DNA of 64,000 bases from Utricularia gibba (Eukaryota > Plantae > Magnoliophyta). Positions 27,997-41,652 of this stretch are shown here, in pieces. The position numbers and the translations under genes are program-made. A model generated the notes under the pieces. That model did no database searches and was not told the origin of the DNA. It worked only from the letters and a program-made list of their open reading frames with translations. Positions within the stretch are counted from its first letter, which is position 1; each line of letters opens with the position of its first letter. Location of the stretch: positions 1,178,001 to 1,242,000 of the forward strand of contig NEEC01000019.1 of the NCBI GenBank assembly GCA_002189035.1, given 5' to 3'.

Positions 27997-29570
27997 TTTG
28001 CCAAATTAAATGTTCAATTAGATGACCAGGAAAAGGTAGAGATATTTGAGCCGTTTTGACTTCGAGGGCTTATTCTCCATTTAAGACCAAAATTAATGTG
28101 GCGATGCCCTTTCTCCTCAAATGGCAGCCTAATGACGTAATTAGGGTTTGATATTAGACACGTAGTCTCATTCCATTTTTCAATCTTAATCAATATAATA
28201 ACATACTCATAAACCCTAGCTGCTGGGTTTTCTTCCTTACATATCATATTTTCCCATTAATCTTGATGACCTAAATCAGTTAAACATGGATTAAGTGGAG
28301 TGATTTAACTGTGACACACTTCCCACTCAACTGTATTATGGTTCCCTAGTCATGACTCCTCTGCACTGCCATTAAAATCTTTTAATTTCAGTCCTCACCA
28401 ACTTTCATCTAATTTAGGGTGGGATTTAATGACATGTTTCAATTATTTGTATTTAGATGAATGCGTATTATATGTTCGAAAGATAGATTTTTACGAATAT
28501 GTGCTTAGAATGTTGGCTTGTGTGAGCATATGTGATGGGAATAGATGGAAAGAGAAAACACATGTGATAGAAAAGTTTTGATAAGCATAGTTTGATAGGT
28601 TGTGTAAGTAAGAAGTTGATTGATAGGATAATATAAAAATTTATACCCAAATTCATACATATATCATTATTTAATTAACTAGTATATATATATGGTTATA
28701 TCACCTATATATTCATTTTTTGATGAAGTGAATGGTATACACAAATGGAGAGGAAATGCATTAATTATATTTATACAATTCATATAATCAGAGTTCTATC
28801 TTTGAATATTAAATATTATATATAATTAAGTATATGCATATTCAATTACACTATACTTAAACATATTAATATTCTACTATCAAACGATCTCTAAGTGTTT
28901 TACAAATAATGCATGCATTGAAAAATATATTTACTAAATAGATGTAGTTCTCAACACAGGCATATTTAGAAACATAAATAAAACTACCAAATACGATATT
29001 AGAGTTTTGATTATTGAAGAAAATGATCCTATTCATGTCTTCAAAATCAGCGTATTTTAAAGTTTTGTTTCATTTTTCAACCCTAATTTTGAATAATGTA
29101 TATACGAAAATAGATTAGAAAGTAAATGATTCTGAAGATAGCATGATATTTCAGATAAGAAAAATCCATTTCTGGGTATTTGTATCTGAAATGGCGCCTG
29201 GCCTCACGTGTTGCAAAAGACTGGTACTCGAAAACAATAATCCTGCGAGGTAAATGTCGTTTAGTAATTGGTTGTAATTAAAGTGAACAACGAAAGCATC
29301 ATTTGTGCAGTAAATTGGCTTTTACAGAAGTCCATTCCATTATGGTTCAAGGGAAAGGATACTTTTTCACACTGGCTGTGTGTGTTTGTACCTTGTTGAC
29401 CAGCTGCAACTGTGGTTTTATAAACACCCACAAGCCTATCCCATTTGTGGTGTGCTGGTTTCTGGTTCTAAGGTGTAGGAGTGACTCCCATTTGAAGAGC
29501 AGTTGCTGTAGTCAGCTTTGATGGTGATCTGTTGGGAGTTTGTGCAGAGAGGGATCTCCTCCATGGGGGG

Positions 29571-32526
29571 ATGAGGATGAGGCTGTCAAGGAGCCAGACC
29601 AAGAGAACAGGAGATTATCTAAAGGGAATGATAAGTGATTACTACTTCATGCAGGGGAAGCCGAAGACCAAGACTCACAAGGGAGGGGAATCATGCAGAA
29701 ACGTGCCTTTTCTGACATGTCTGCAGTTCATGTTTGCTGTGTATGCAACCTCCCTCTTGCTGTACATGAGCCCATCTATTGATTTCAGAGGATGGGTGGC
29801 AGAGCATGTCCACAGCTTCATCTCCATGGCGCCTCATTCAGTGAGTCGAATCCAGGAAACGGTGCCGCCTACGGCTGACACAGCGATGGAGACGGCTTGT
29901 GTGCATGAGAAGATCGATTTTGAGCAGAAGAAGTCGAATGATAGTGTGACTATCAGGTTGAAGAAGGAGCTATACAGAGAGGTGCTTGATTTCCAGAGCA
30001 GGGCTTTTGGGACAGAGACTCTGCCCCAGTTGATGTCCATGGAATCAAAATGGAGCTTAAAGGGGCAAAATCTTCCTAGAGTCACCGTGATACTGAATCA
30101 TTTCAAGCGAAAGACGCTTTGTGCGCAGATTGATTCTCTTCTTGAACAAACGCTTCCTTTTCACCATGTTTGGGTTGTTTCTTTTGGGAGTCCAATTGAA
30201 ACATCCCTGAAGAAGATTGTGGAGAGCTATAACAATTCCAGAATTAGTTTCATTAGCTCCAGCTATGACTTCAAGTACTACGGTAGATTTCAAATGGCTC
30301 TGCAGACAGAAGCTGATCTTGTGTACATTCTTGATGATGATATGATTCCAGGAAAGAAGATGCTAGAGATTCTATCGCATGTTGCTGGGACCGAAAAGTA
30401 TAGAAATGCTGTTTTGGGGAGCATTGGAAGGATCTTACCCTTCAAACAAAAAGACTTCACCTTTCCAAGTTACAGGAAGTTTAGATCAAAGGAAGCAGGC
30501 TTGTATTTGCCAGATCCAGCTTATGATATCACTGTTGACAGAGTTGTTAAAGTTGATTTTCTCTCTAGCTCCTGGTTTTTATCATCTGAGCTGATCAAAA
30601 CTCTTTTCATTGAGACCCCATTCACGTTTATGACAGGAGAAGATCTTCATTTAAGGTATGCAACCAAGATGCATTAGTTATTGGAGCTACACTAAATTCG
30701 AACCTGATGACTTGAGTTTGACAATTCCTGTGCAGTTATCAGCTTCAGAAGTATCGAGATGCAGGCTCTTATGTGCTACCTGCTGATCCATATGACAAAG
30801 AAACATGGGGAGACAGTGAGCATAGATTGGCGTATGTATCAGAAACAACAGTGATCTTCAAAGATATTGTCCAAGTGAGAGATGACCAATGGTGGAAAGC
30901 TCTGTCAACAGGATATGTAACACAGTGGGCTTCCATGTATCCACAGAAGATCGATGCTCTATTTTATGCACACTCTCTGGACGAAGTTCAAGCACTGGCT
31001 CCTCTTATTAACAAGTTTAGGACAACAACTGGTAAGAAAGCCTATCTGGTTGTCTCTGGTGGCAAGTTCTGCCCATGTGAAGATGCAGCCCCCATCTTGA
31101 AATGGCCTAAATCTGTCTGTAAGGAGAGAAGGTTCAAGGTCCTTGATCTAGGAATCAATTCGTTGTCTGGAATATCAAATTCAGATGTGCCTATTTTTCA
31201 AGCCATCTATGCTAGTATGAAAGGGATAATCAAAATCCACAATCCAAGCGTGGTGATCTCCGTCTCTAATATCAATCTGAATGTCAGAAAAGCATTGATG
31301 CTGGCCATAGAAACCAACACAAATGGCACAACATTGGTTCTCTTGCCAAGAGAATCCATTTCCAAGTCTCTATGGATGACTGATCTTCGCTCTACAGCTT
31401 TACCTTGTAAGAACTCTCATCTCCTCTTTTCCTATTCAGATACTTAAAAGTCCTGAAATTAAAATTTCTTCTGACTCATTTCTTTGTTCTGCAAACAAAA
31501 AACTCAGACTGGAACAGGATGAAACTTTGTATCAACATCATAACACAAAACCGGGCTCCTTCTCTCTCAAGGCTGCTAAACTCCCTGAAAGATGCTTACT
31601 ATTTGGGAGATAGAATTCCCATAACCTTCAATATGGATAGCAAGGTAGATGAACCAACTCTGCAGCTTGTGAAGTCATTCGAATGGACACATGGGCCGAA
31701 GATCATTCGCAGAAGGATAATCCAGGGTGGCTTGATTCGAGCCGTCAGTGAAAGTTGGTTTCCATCCTCAGATGATGATTTTGGGTTGCTCTTAGAAGAT
31801 GACATAGAGGTCTCTCCTTTCTACTATCTCTGGATCAAATATGCTATCTTAGCGTATCACTATGATCCCAAAGTTTCACTTCCAGAGCTCAGCTCCATCT
31901 CACTCTACACACCACGTTTGGTTGAAGTGGTGAAGGAAAGGCCAAAATGGAATGCTACAGATTTCTTCAAACGCATACACCCAAATACCCCTTATCTTCA
32001 CCAACTTCCCTGCAGTTGGGGAGCAGTATTTTTCCCGAAACATTGGAGAGAATTCTATGCTTACATGAACATGCGCTTCACAGAGAATGCAAAAGAGAAT
32101 CCAGTTCAAATTCCCAAATCAAGAACCAATGGCTGGCAAGCTTCTTGGAAGAAATTTTTAATAGACATGATGTACCTTCGTGGGTATGTGAGCCTTTACC
32201 CTAATTTTCCGAATCAAACAAGTTTTTCCACGAATCACATGGAACCAGGGGCGCATATCAGTGCGAAAGACAACGTCGTGCAGCATAATAAGACGGATTT
32301 TGAGGTTCCGCTCATGAAACAAGACTTTACGAAGCTTTTGCCGAATGGTAAACTCCCGCCAGCTTCAAAGATACCGTCTTTGAATCTCTTTAACCGCGCT
32401 GTATCGCTAAAGGGTCTGAAGGCTGCGGGTGCGAAACTGGGTAAAGATGTTCTTGAATGTGAGGCGAATCAGATTGTGGTGGTAAACCATGAAACTGGTT
32501 TGCCTTCACATTGTGCTGCATTCTGA
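29571..32526 (+). CDS. Plant glycosyltransferase family 2-like protein with two GT-A-like domains and an N-terminal membrane anchor; exons 29571-30655, 30736-31406, 31508-32526; 924 aa
   Basis: LTCLQFMFAVYATSLLLYMSP anchor, VTVILNHFKRKTLCAQIDSL, YILDDDMIP and GLLLEDDIEVSP DxD-like motifs, LHQLPCSWGAVFFP. Confidence 0.85.
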
Positions 32527-33357
32527 TGAATGCCATCAAGATTGATTTTTTATTTGCTAGATCCTTTGCTCCTTTGTTTCCGCTGCAGTTTTCGAGAAAT
32601 CTCCTTGTGCTACTTTGAGATTCTCTCTGTGTATTTCATCTGTAGGATGCACGCAATTGTGAGCACAACTTGTTCATATGTAAAAGCTTACTTTCTTCAT
32701 CTGCACATGCTTTTTCTACTCTTCTCAGTAACATAGCTTTCCCACAAAATGCCATCTTGAATGAAACTTCTTCTCGTTCGGATCTCATTTTCCATCATCC
32801 TCCAATTCTTCTCGTTCTTTACCCGAAAAGAAGTTTCCTTCGGTCGTTTACAGAGATGTCGATACGCGTGTCGGTGTCCATGCGGTCAGGTAGAAAGTTC
32901 CCTCACGCATGCATACTTTAATTGACCCGTAGTTTTTTAGGAGTTGAAGAAGGCAATCATTGGTAGCTGCAAATCCAAATCTTCAGGGGACTTAGCTGAC
33001 AGGATAATTTCTAACAGCTGCCACTTCGCAAATCATTAGTCTTTTCTTCTCTTTATCGCCAATCCAAACCATTTCCATTTTCCTTTTCCTTTTTCCCTTT
33101 TTCACATTTCTTGTAATTGCGTTGCTTTTCCTTTTGCTTGGGAAAGCAAGAAGTCAACCCGAAAGAAAAAGTTGGGGTTGGAGAGAAGAGGAACGACAGG
33201 CTTCATCTTCTTTGTGATTTAACTCTCTTTGACTCAGCGTTCTCTTCTTGGTATCGGCCCAAGTTTTTCGCTTTGTAATCTGACTATGGATGGAACGTAT
33301 CTGAATTATTCGTTGGGAAAAAGTGGAAATTGATATTTTTTTAGGGGGGTTTGAGCG

Positions 33358-36300
33358 ATGGAGATTGGTTCAGAGATTGATGGGGGAACTGGGAGAATGG
33401 AGGGATGGCTGTATTTGATTCGCTCCAATCGTTTTGGTCTTCAGTACTCGAGGCGACGCTACTTTGTTCTTCAGAATCACGTGCTCAAGAGCTTCAAAGC
33501 TGTCCCACTTTCATCTGGAGAGGTTTTTGACTTTTCATCCTTCTTCATGCTCTGTTTTGCTCCTGATGATGCATGATTGTTTATTTAGCCTTAAATTTTT
33601 ATGCATACAAGTACGCGGATCTGTTTAACTTGATGCCCAATGCATGAATGTAAAGTAGTTCATCTGAATTGGAAAATTTTTTGTGACTGATTAAAATGTT
33701 TGAAATGATTGTTTTGCTCATGAGTGTCTTGGTATAATTTTGCTACTTTGCTAAATTAACCACCCACTTCTGATTGAACGCTGTGCAGATCCTATTACTT
33801 AGGAAAGGAGCCATGTACAGAAAAACAGGCCACAATGATTGACTAACTATTTATATGCTTGCACACTGCAGGTACCTGTTAGAAGTGCTATTATTGATCC
33901 TTCTATAAGGGCAATGGATAATGGGAGAGAGAGCATCCATAGAAAGGTATCCAGTCTGTTTTTACTTCAATGCTAGCATATAGATTTATTGAAGAAGTGT
34001 CACTGAAATCAATGTGAGATTTTTCTCTTTTTGGTGGTGGGGGACGGTGCTGCAGGTCATTTTCATTTTTACTTTGTACAACACATCCAATAACATTGAT
34101 CGACTAAAGGTAAGTGAGCTTCACTTTTCGATTCACTTGTCACATCTCAAATCAATTTATGTTGAATCAGTAATTTTTCTTATTTATAGTTGGGAGCAAA
34201 TAGTCCCGAGGAAGCTGCAAGATGGATTCAGGCATTCCAAGAATCAGCTTTGCAGGTTGAATTTTCTCCCTATGTTATGGTGATGGCGGCGAATTTCCCT
34301 AAAACTAACTTCTCCAAGATTGCAGTCAGACCAGAATCAACTAGGCTATGGATTGTCTGGATGTGAACTACCATCAAAGAGGTCGCCATCTTTGAATTTT
34401 ATGAGGTTATATTGTAAAACCAATGTTGTTAAAAATTGATTTTCTTAGATTCCCACTGAATATAGTACTTGTTCCTCATCATGTGACACTAATCTCTACA
34501 TAGTTAGCGAGGGTGGTGAAGTTTTTTTATAAGCCATTTGTGCCATTTTAAACCTTTTTTTTTTCTTGAGTTCTTCTATACTTGCCTCCTCCTCCTATCT
34601 ATTTAGGCCAAGCTGCTCGGGTAAGCATGCTCATGCGATTGACTGGACTCTGTACTCTTCTTCAAGGACGGATGGTATGACATCTGATGTTGTTGCTCCG
34701 TCAACTTGGAAACTATTTGGCTGCAAAGATGGTACTTGGTTCATTTTTTTTTTTTTTTTTTTGTTGATGCATAGTGCCCTTTAATCTATCTATTCCAAGC
34801 AAAATATAGGGCTTCGATTATTTAAAGAGGCTAAAGATAAGGAATCGCATACTAAGGTATGTTGTAAATGTTAATCATCAATGATTACTTTTTATAAACA
34901 GCTTCTCAATTTCACAGTGGTATGACCATCCTGCAATTATGGCTGTTGGTGTAATTGACGCAACTTCAGAAGCAGTTTTCCAGACAGTCATGTCACTTGG
35001 TTCTTTGAGATCAGAGTAAGTGTTTAACCAATGCCAGGACATTGTGCAGCTGGTCATACTTTTGATTAGCTCTTTTTTCACTAATGCCTTAGTCTTGGGG
35101 AAGAAGGGTGCAATTCCATTAGATTTTTGGCTCGTTTCCCTGGCCTTGGCTCGAAACATTGGGAATAGATAGGGATATGGTATTCATCAATATTTCTTAC
35201 AATAAAACTCCCTCAGTGGAATGAGATGATGGTTTTCTGTTTTTCTAGAGGGTTTTTTAGATAGGCACCAGATGTATTAGATATGAAACACATTATTTGT
35301 GTAGATGGGTTCGACAAAATCTTTTTGTTTCACATAAGGTTGTCAATCTTGTACCATATAGAAGAAAAAGGATTCATCCTGAAGCTTACACATAATGAAA
35401 GCATATTGTGATGGCGTTTTCTTGTTCTTGGGGGTTGACATGCTCTGGCACTTTCTATGAAAAGCCTACAATTTGTGTAGATGGGACTTCTGCTATGACA
35501 AGGCTTCAGTCATTGAACATGTAGATGGTCATACAGATATAATTCATATGGGTTTCCATCGTCATTGGCTTCCCTGGTGCGCTTCATGCCCACGATTTCT
35601 GTCCTGTCCTTTGATTTCCTATCCCAATTTTCTTCATTAATTTGATGTTTGGTATAAACTGCTTCAGGAGCATGCAGAGAAGGGATCTTTTGTTACGGCG
35701 CTATTGGCGACGTGAGGATGATGGCACATATGGTAAAGATAGGAGTATTGTGTATTCCAATTATTTATGAATGACAAAGACCATTTTTTTGCATGCAGTA
35801 ATTCTTTATCAATCTGTATGTCATCAGAGGTGCCCGCCAAAAAGAGGCTACGTACGTGCCCGCCTTAAAAGTAATGAGTTTCTCACTGTTTAGTTTTTCA
35901 TTGAAAAGTTTTTGCATTTACATAATCCTTCACCTCACCTGTATTTTTGATCTATTTGAAATGCAAAATGATGTATTTAATTCATCGCAGGTGGAGGCTA
36001 TGTCATTTCTCCTATTAACCAAGGAAAACAATCCATTGTAAAGCATATGCTTGCTATCGACTGGAAATTTTGGAGATCTTATTTACACACATCATTTTCC
36101 AGATCAATAACTCTTAGCATGCTGGGAAGACTGGCTGGTCTGTTTTACTTTTGTTTCTCCTTCTGCCACTGGATTTTTTTCCTTCTACAGATCTTTGATG
36201 TTAGAATTATTTATTGCCTTAAGATGCCTGTCGTGTTCTTCTTGATTTTCTTCTGTCACTGTTTTTACTTATATGTTGCGTTCCTAGTGAGTATGGTAGG

Positions 36301-38368
36301 GTACTTGCTCATTCATGTCTTGCAAAAATAAGTTCAACTTTTTTTTTTATTGTTTGATCTTTAGCTTTGAGGGAGATGTTTAGAGCAAAAATAGATTCAG
36401 CACCTGCTTTCTCGACTGGAGAACTATTGAGCAGCAGCAGCAGACAGGAAATACGAAGGTCACTGAAAGTTGAGGTTCCAACAAGAGTTGAAAATGGGCA
36501 TGACAGAGAGGATATGGAGGAAGAACCAATGAAAACGCCATCTGAGAACTTCAGTCTCATTGGCTTCAATGATGCATCAGATGAATTCTTTGATGTCCCG
36601 GAACCTGCAGATCATGAATCATGTGAAAATACTGGTTGGCCTTCTGACCGGAGTCCTGAAGCTTATACTCCGGTAGTGTATATTGGTTTCCTATGTTGCA
36701 TAAAGCTTGAATATTGCACTTTCAAACATTTTCCCAGTTTTGTTTCTTCCCCGCGAGTATTTTTGTGTTTTACCTCACACAATTCTTGCTGCTCAAGAAT
36801 TCAAGGCAGCACAGACTATCAACCGCTTCTAGTTTCGTTAAAAGGTTGCAAGGACTTGCTGGTATATTAATTTGTCCCCACTTTTTGCTGGTTTGTTCTC
36901 ATTTGATGATGGGAATGCTGTCCCACCCTCATGCCCCTTTGTTGTGGCGCCTTGTTAATGTTGCAGTTCAGAAGAAGGGTTACATGGACTTTCATGAGAC
37001 GCCAAGGGACGACACTCAGTGCAAATACGGATACACACTTCCAAAGGATCCCACCTGCAACATTCTCTGCAGTTGGAACGTTTCTGATCCCTCAACTTTC
37101 CTTATTCGTGGGAAGACGTACTTGACTGACAGAGTGAAGGTAGTGTCACAACTAATAAACATCTCCAGCCTAATATGGCGCCTGAGTGGCATCTTCTCCA
37201 TTTTACATTTCGATGTAAAGTTTGTAGCTTATAGTCCATGCAACTCCACAGCATGGAAACCCTGAAGCAACGTGGTAGCTGAATGTTTCCCTTAATGTAA
37301 TTGTCTTCTCAGATCAAGGCAAAAGGCACTCTGATGGAGATGGTGGGAGCAGACTGGTTGAAATCAGACAAGAGGGAAGATGATCTCGGAGGACGGCCTG
37401 GAGGCATTGTCCAGGTAGGATTTTTCTTAGTCAACATGGTAGCTCTTAGTTTTTCTAATCTCTTGATCTTAACTCTGTTTCTACAGAAATATGCTTCAAA
37501 GGGAGGTCCTGAATTCTTTTTCATTGTTAACATACAGGTGAGATACATATTTCTTCTTCAGTTTAGACACCTAATCTGGTTTTTTTCTTTCTATGATCCA
37601 TCTTCTGATTTCATGAATCAGGTCCCTGGTTCAACAACTTACAACCTTGCTTTATACTATATGTTAACTACTCCAATAGAAGACATTCCTTTACTCAATA
37701 ACTTTGTCAATGGAGATGATGCGTACAGAAACTCCAGGTTCAAGCTCATACCATATATTTCCACAGTAAGCTTACCACTAATTTGCCTTTGTTCTCATCG
37801 TTTTCTGCTCTTCACATTGAAGCCATTTGTGATATTCGGACATGAATGCTACTTTTGTTTTGCATTATATGTGTATCAGGGTTCATGGATAGTAAAGCAA
37901 AGCGTTGGGAAAAAGGCATGCCTAATCGGTCAAGCCTTGGAAATCAATTATTTCCGGGGGAAGAACTACCTTGAGGTGTGCTTCAGAAAAGTGATTTCCA
38001 GTTGAAGTCTACTTTACTTACTGGTTCAACTTCATTTTTTTATGAAGCTTGGAGTTAACATCGGTTCATCGACGGTCGCAAGGGGCGTCGTCAGCCTTGT
38101 TCTTGGCTATCTCTGTAATTTAGTCATTGAAATGGCATTCTTGGTGCAGGTAAACACATTGATGTGCTTCAGTTTTCCTCAGATCTTTGGTGTAATAAGA
38201 TGTTCTCATAATTCCTGTTTAGCCAAAAGTACCTGTACTCAACAGTACATGTGATTGTTGCTTTTTCAGGCAAATACTCCTGATGAGCTGCCGGAAAGTC
38301 TCATAGGAACCTGCCGGCTCAACCACTTGGATGTTTCAAAGGCTGTGATGGTGAAACCACAAGTCTGA
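33358..38368 (+). CDS. EDR2L: ENHANCED DISEASE RESISTANCE 2-like protein (PH + START + DUF1336), 21 exons
   Basis: PH RMEGWLYLIRSNRFGLQYSRRRYFVL; START WKLFGCKDGLRLFKE and RRYWRREDDGTYVILY; DUF1336 FLIRGKTYL, MVGADWLKSDKREDDL, RNSRFKLIPYI, QGSWIVKQSVGKKACL; all traced exon phases compatible. Confidence 0.92.
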
Positions 38369-40294
38369 AGCAGGAAACTACATTCTTTTTTTTCCCCCTT
38401 TTCTTCTGTATGTCTGCACTGATAACTCAACATTGTAAAGGCTTGTTTCATCATATTGCATCACGATATCACTTTCAGGCACGTCTCATGTGGATGCAAA
38501 CAGAGCCAAGTTCTGTCAATGAGACCCCCCTCACCCCATAGCTAGCTGATCCATGCTCTACAGCCAATCTTTTAGTGTGAGACACAAGTGATTTTTCTAT
38601 GGCACAACTAGGTGAAGGAGTGGACCATCGTTGCAAAAAACTAGAGGGGCGATGGCAACAAGTCATGGAGTCAAGGCCCACAAATGAGATGAGCAGAGAA
38701 ACGATACCAAGATTTCAGTGCATCCAGCCACAGAGAGCTTGATGAACACTAGACTCTCAGTAGATCAGAAACGGAGTAAATGAAGCAACTGTTTCTTGGG
38801 ATCTGGTTTGGACCAACTGTGATAACTAATACCTGTGAGACAAGAGACAAACAAGGGACACATTGTGGGAGCAATTATTTGCTTGTTGTGGCAGTAGGTG
38901 TGAGATCTTGCATGTTCCATTAATGTCAACACCCTCCTCCCACACACAAACCACCTCAAGAACACAGATGAATTCACCTTCTTACACCAAAAAAACACCA
39001 TCTCCCATCAGCAAAAACCAAACTTTTCATCTACCTTACATAAAAGATGCATATTTTTCACGATTTCCTCCAGATTTTCGCGTAGAAAAGCGGTGTAGAG
39101 CTGGGAAATTAGTCAGTATAAATGGTGCATTGTTGCCTTTGGTCCAGTGTGGATTTCTTATATTTAATAGTTAGAGCCCCCTAGCAGCCCCGAGTGTCAA
39201 GACTGATGGGGGGCATGAAAGGGAAATTTGTAAAGTTGACCAGCCAGTTTCAATTTTTTATTTTTGTGGGGAGGGAGGAGGGGTTTCTCAAGAAATGGTG
39301 GTCCAAATTGCAATAAATTCCCTCCTCTTCTTCCTCTTACCATTTTTCTCTCCCCTTTTCATATGTGACATCACATGGTGTATCAAATGGGAACGACATG
39401 GACATGACTCCCAATCCCCAAACGTTACACCCTCCTCAATTCACTAGCAAAATGCCCACCTTACGTGACATGCCATAAAATTAAAACGATACATATACGA
39501 TTAGCACGACGACATGTCCCCGAAAATGGTCCCTTTAGACATAGCATAGGGAAAAAATAATGAAGATGAGTACATATAAAAAAATAACCTATGGTTTAAA
39601 TAGTGGAGTCTAGCGTATAAAAGTCGTTGAAAAGGTGCACTCGCATGGGTAGAAAAGTACTTTCAACTTGACATATGGTATCATTTTAATTTTTAATTTA
39701 TATTTATGTGGGGAAGTAGCCACTAGCCTCCATGGTGCACCATTTGATAGTCTAATATGTCGAGCTAAAAAAAAAATTACCAATTTTTGAATAAATCGGT
39801 AAAAATTTATGAAATTAAATTTGGTTATTAATCATGTAATAATTTTGGAGAGTGAATCATGGTGAATGATTGTGCAGTTATTCCGACATGAACCATGGAC
39901 ATAACGGCGGGGGAGATGTTGTGTATCGCCAATTTTAATACGGATAATTAATATTAATTAATTAATTGCATTGTATAGGGCAGTAGGATGCCTTAATTCA
40001 AAATATAGTTAAAATATATGTATTAGGTAAATTAAAATTACGGATATGTTTGACATATAAGTTTTTATAAATATTTTTAAATGATATTATATTTGATAGA
40101 TATATTTAAACTATATGAAAAATAAAAATTTACTCGTTTAAAAAAATGTTCATAGAGTAAAAGTTTAAAAAAAACATGTTTGAAGGGTTCATATAAGTGT
40201 TTTTTATAAATTTTTATATGTATATCAAAAAATACATTTATAATATATATATGTATATATTATTTAAAAACACGTTTATGAAATATATATACTT

Positions 40295-40591
40295 GGATAG
40301 TATTTGATTGATCGAAATGAGATAAAATAAATTTAATTTACTTGAATTTAATAAAGTTAATGTAGTGGAATTAATTTTTTATGTAGTATTTAGTTATTGA
40401 AATTAAAAATAGAATTAACTAATTTTAATTAAAAATATGAGGGAAAATATAGTTTTAAATAAATCCATATATATATAATTAAAAACTATTGTAATCTTGA
40501 GTTTATTTAAATTTGTCAATTAAATATCTTATAATTTATGAATCTATTTTTAAAATAATAAAATCCCATAAATAAACATAATCAAACGTGG
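40295..40591 (+). mobile_element. Third copy of the Tourist-like MITE family
   Basis: GGATAGTATTTGATTG ... AATCAAACGTGG termini and shared internal TAGTATTTAGTTATTGAAATTAAAAAT. Confidence 0.5.
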
Positions 40592-41652
40592 TTACGAGTA
40601 ATTTTATTTTTTCGAGTATCTAATTTCTTTTAATTAAAAATTAGTGTAATTTTTTCTATTGAATATTTTTTAATTAGACAAGACACATACATACCTAACG
40701 TGGTGCGTAGATTACATGGTGCAAGTCATGGGGGGCGTGAAGATGAGCGTCATTTAGTATTAATGACTATGAGGGAGGCTCTTAATTGTAATTTGATTGG
40801 CGATGTTATTACTTAATTATTTGTGTGTTGAGTCCATTAGCTATGTTTTTCTTGAATGATACATGTCATTAATGATCATTGATTAGTGGGCGTGATTTGT
40901 GTCACCATGACTCAGTTTTATTGATTATTTTAGATATTTAATCTTCACGATTTTACGTTTTTTTTTTTTGAAAAAAAACATAGTATAAGATCCAGAGTAT
41001 TCATCTATTTAAAAAAGTATTTTCTCTTGTTATTAACTAATATGGAATATTGTAATTAGGATTCTGTACTTATAATTTGTGTTTTCGTATAAATATTTAT
41101 TTTATTTGAAATATTTTTTTTAAAAAAAAAGAAAGAAAGAAAATCAAAGTAAGATTTGCATGTGTGATGAATAGTAATTATGAAAAATAGAGGGTATGAA
41201 TTTGTAATTTTTGAAAAGATGAATGTTGAAAATATAATAAAATAAGGGATAAATAGGACATAAATGGGGGGCCATGGATGGAAGAGCGAGAGCCGAAGTC
41301 GTGTGTAGGAGGAACAGAAGGGAAGACAGTGTTTAAATGCACGCGCACGACGTCGTGTTGTGTTTGACTTGAGCAGCAACATAGAATGCATCAAAAGTGA
41401 AGTATAACGAGAAAGGAGAATCCAATTTGATTCCCTGGATTTCCAGCTTCACTCTCCCTCCCATTTTTACCAACCGCCGGAAGTGATCTGAGGTAATGAG
41501 GAAGGATCTCTGTGTCTGTGTCTGGGTTTAGTTGATTTGTGTGTGTGTGTGTGGCTTCTATTGGATTCAGGGTGGTTTTTGTTTGGGGTGGGTTCAGGGT
41601 TTGGTGATTCGAGGAATAAGCGGGGGTTGAGAAGTTGGGAGAAAGAAGAGCG

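Noticed and set aside
35290-35320. Decoy acceptor TGTGTAG|ATGGG duplicating the real EDR2L exon 9 start
   Set aside because: Not followed by conserved coding sequence; the acceptor at 35480 gives the conserved WDFC frame
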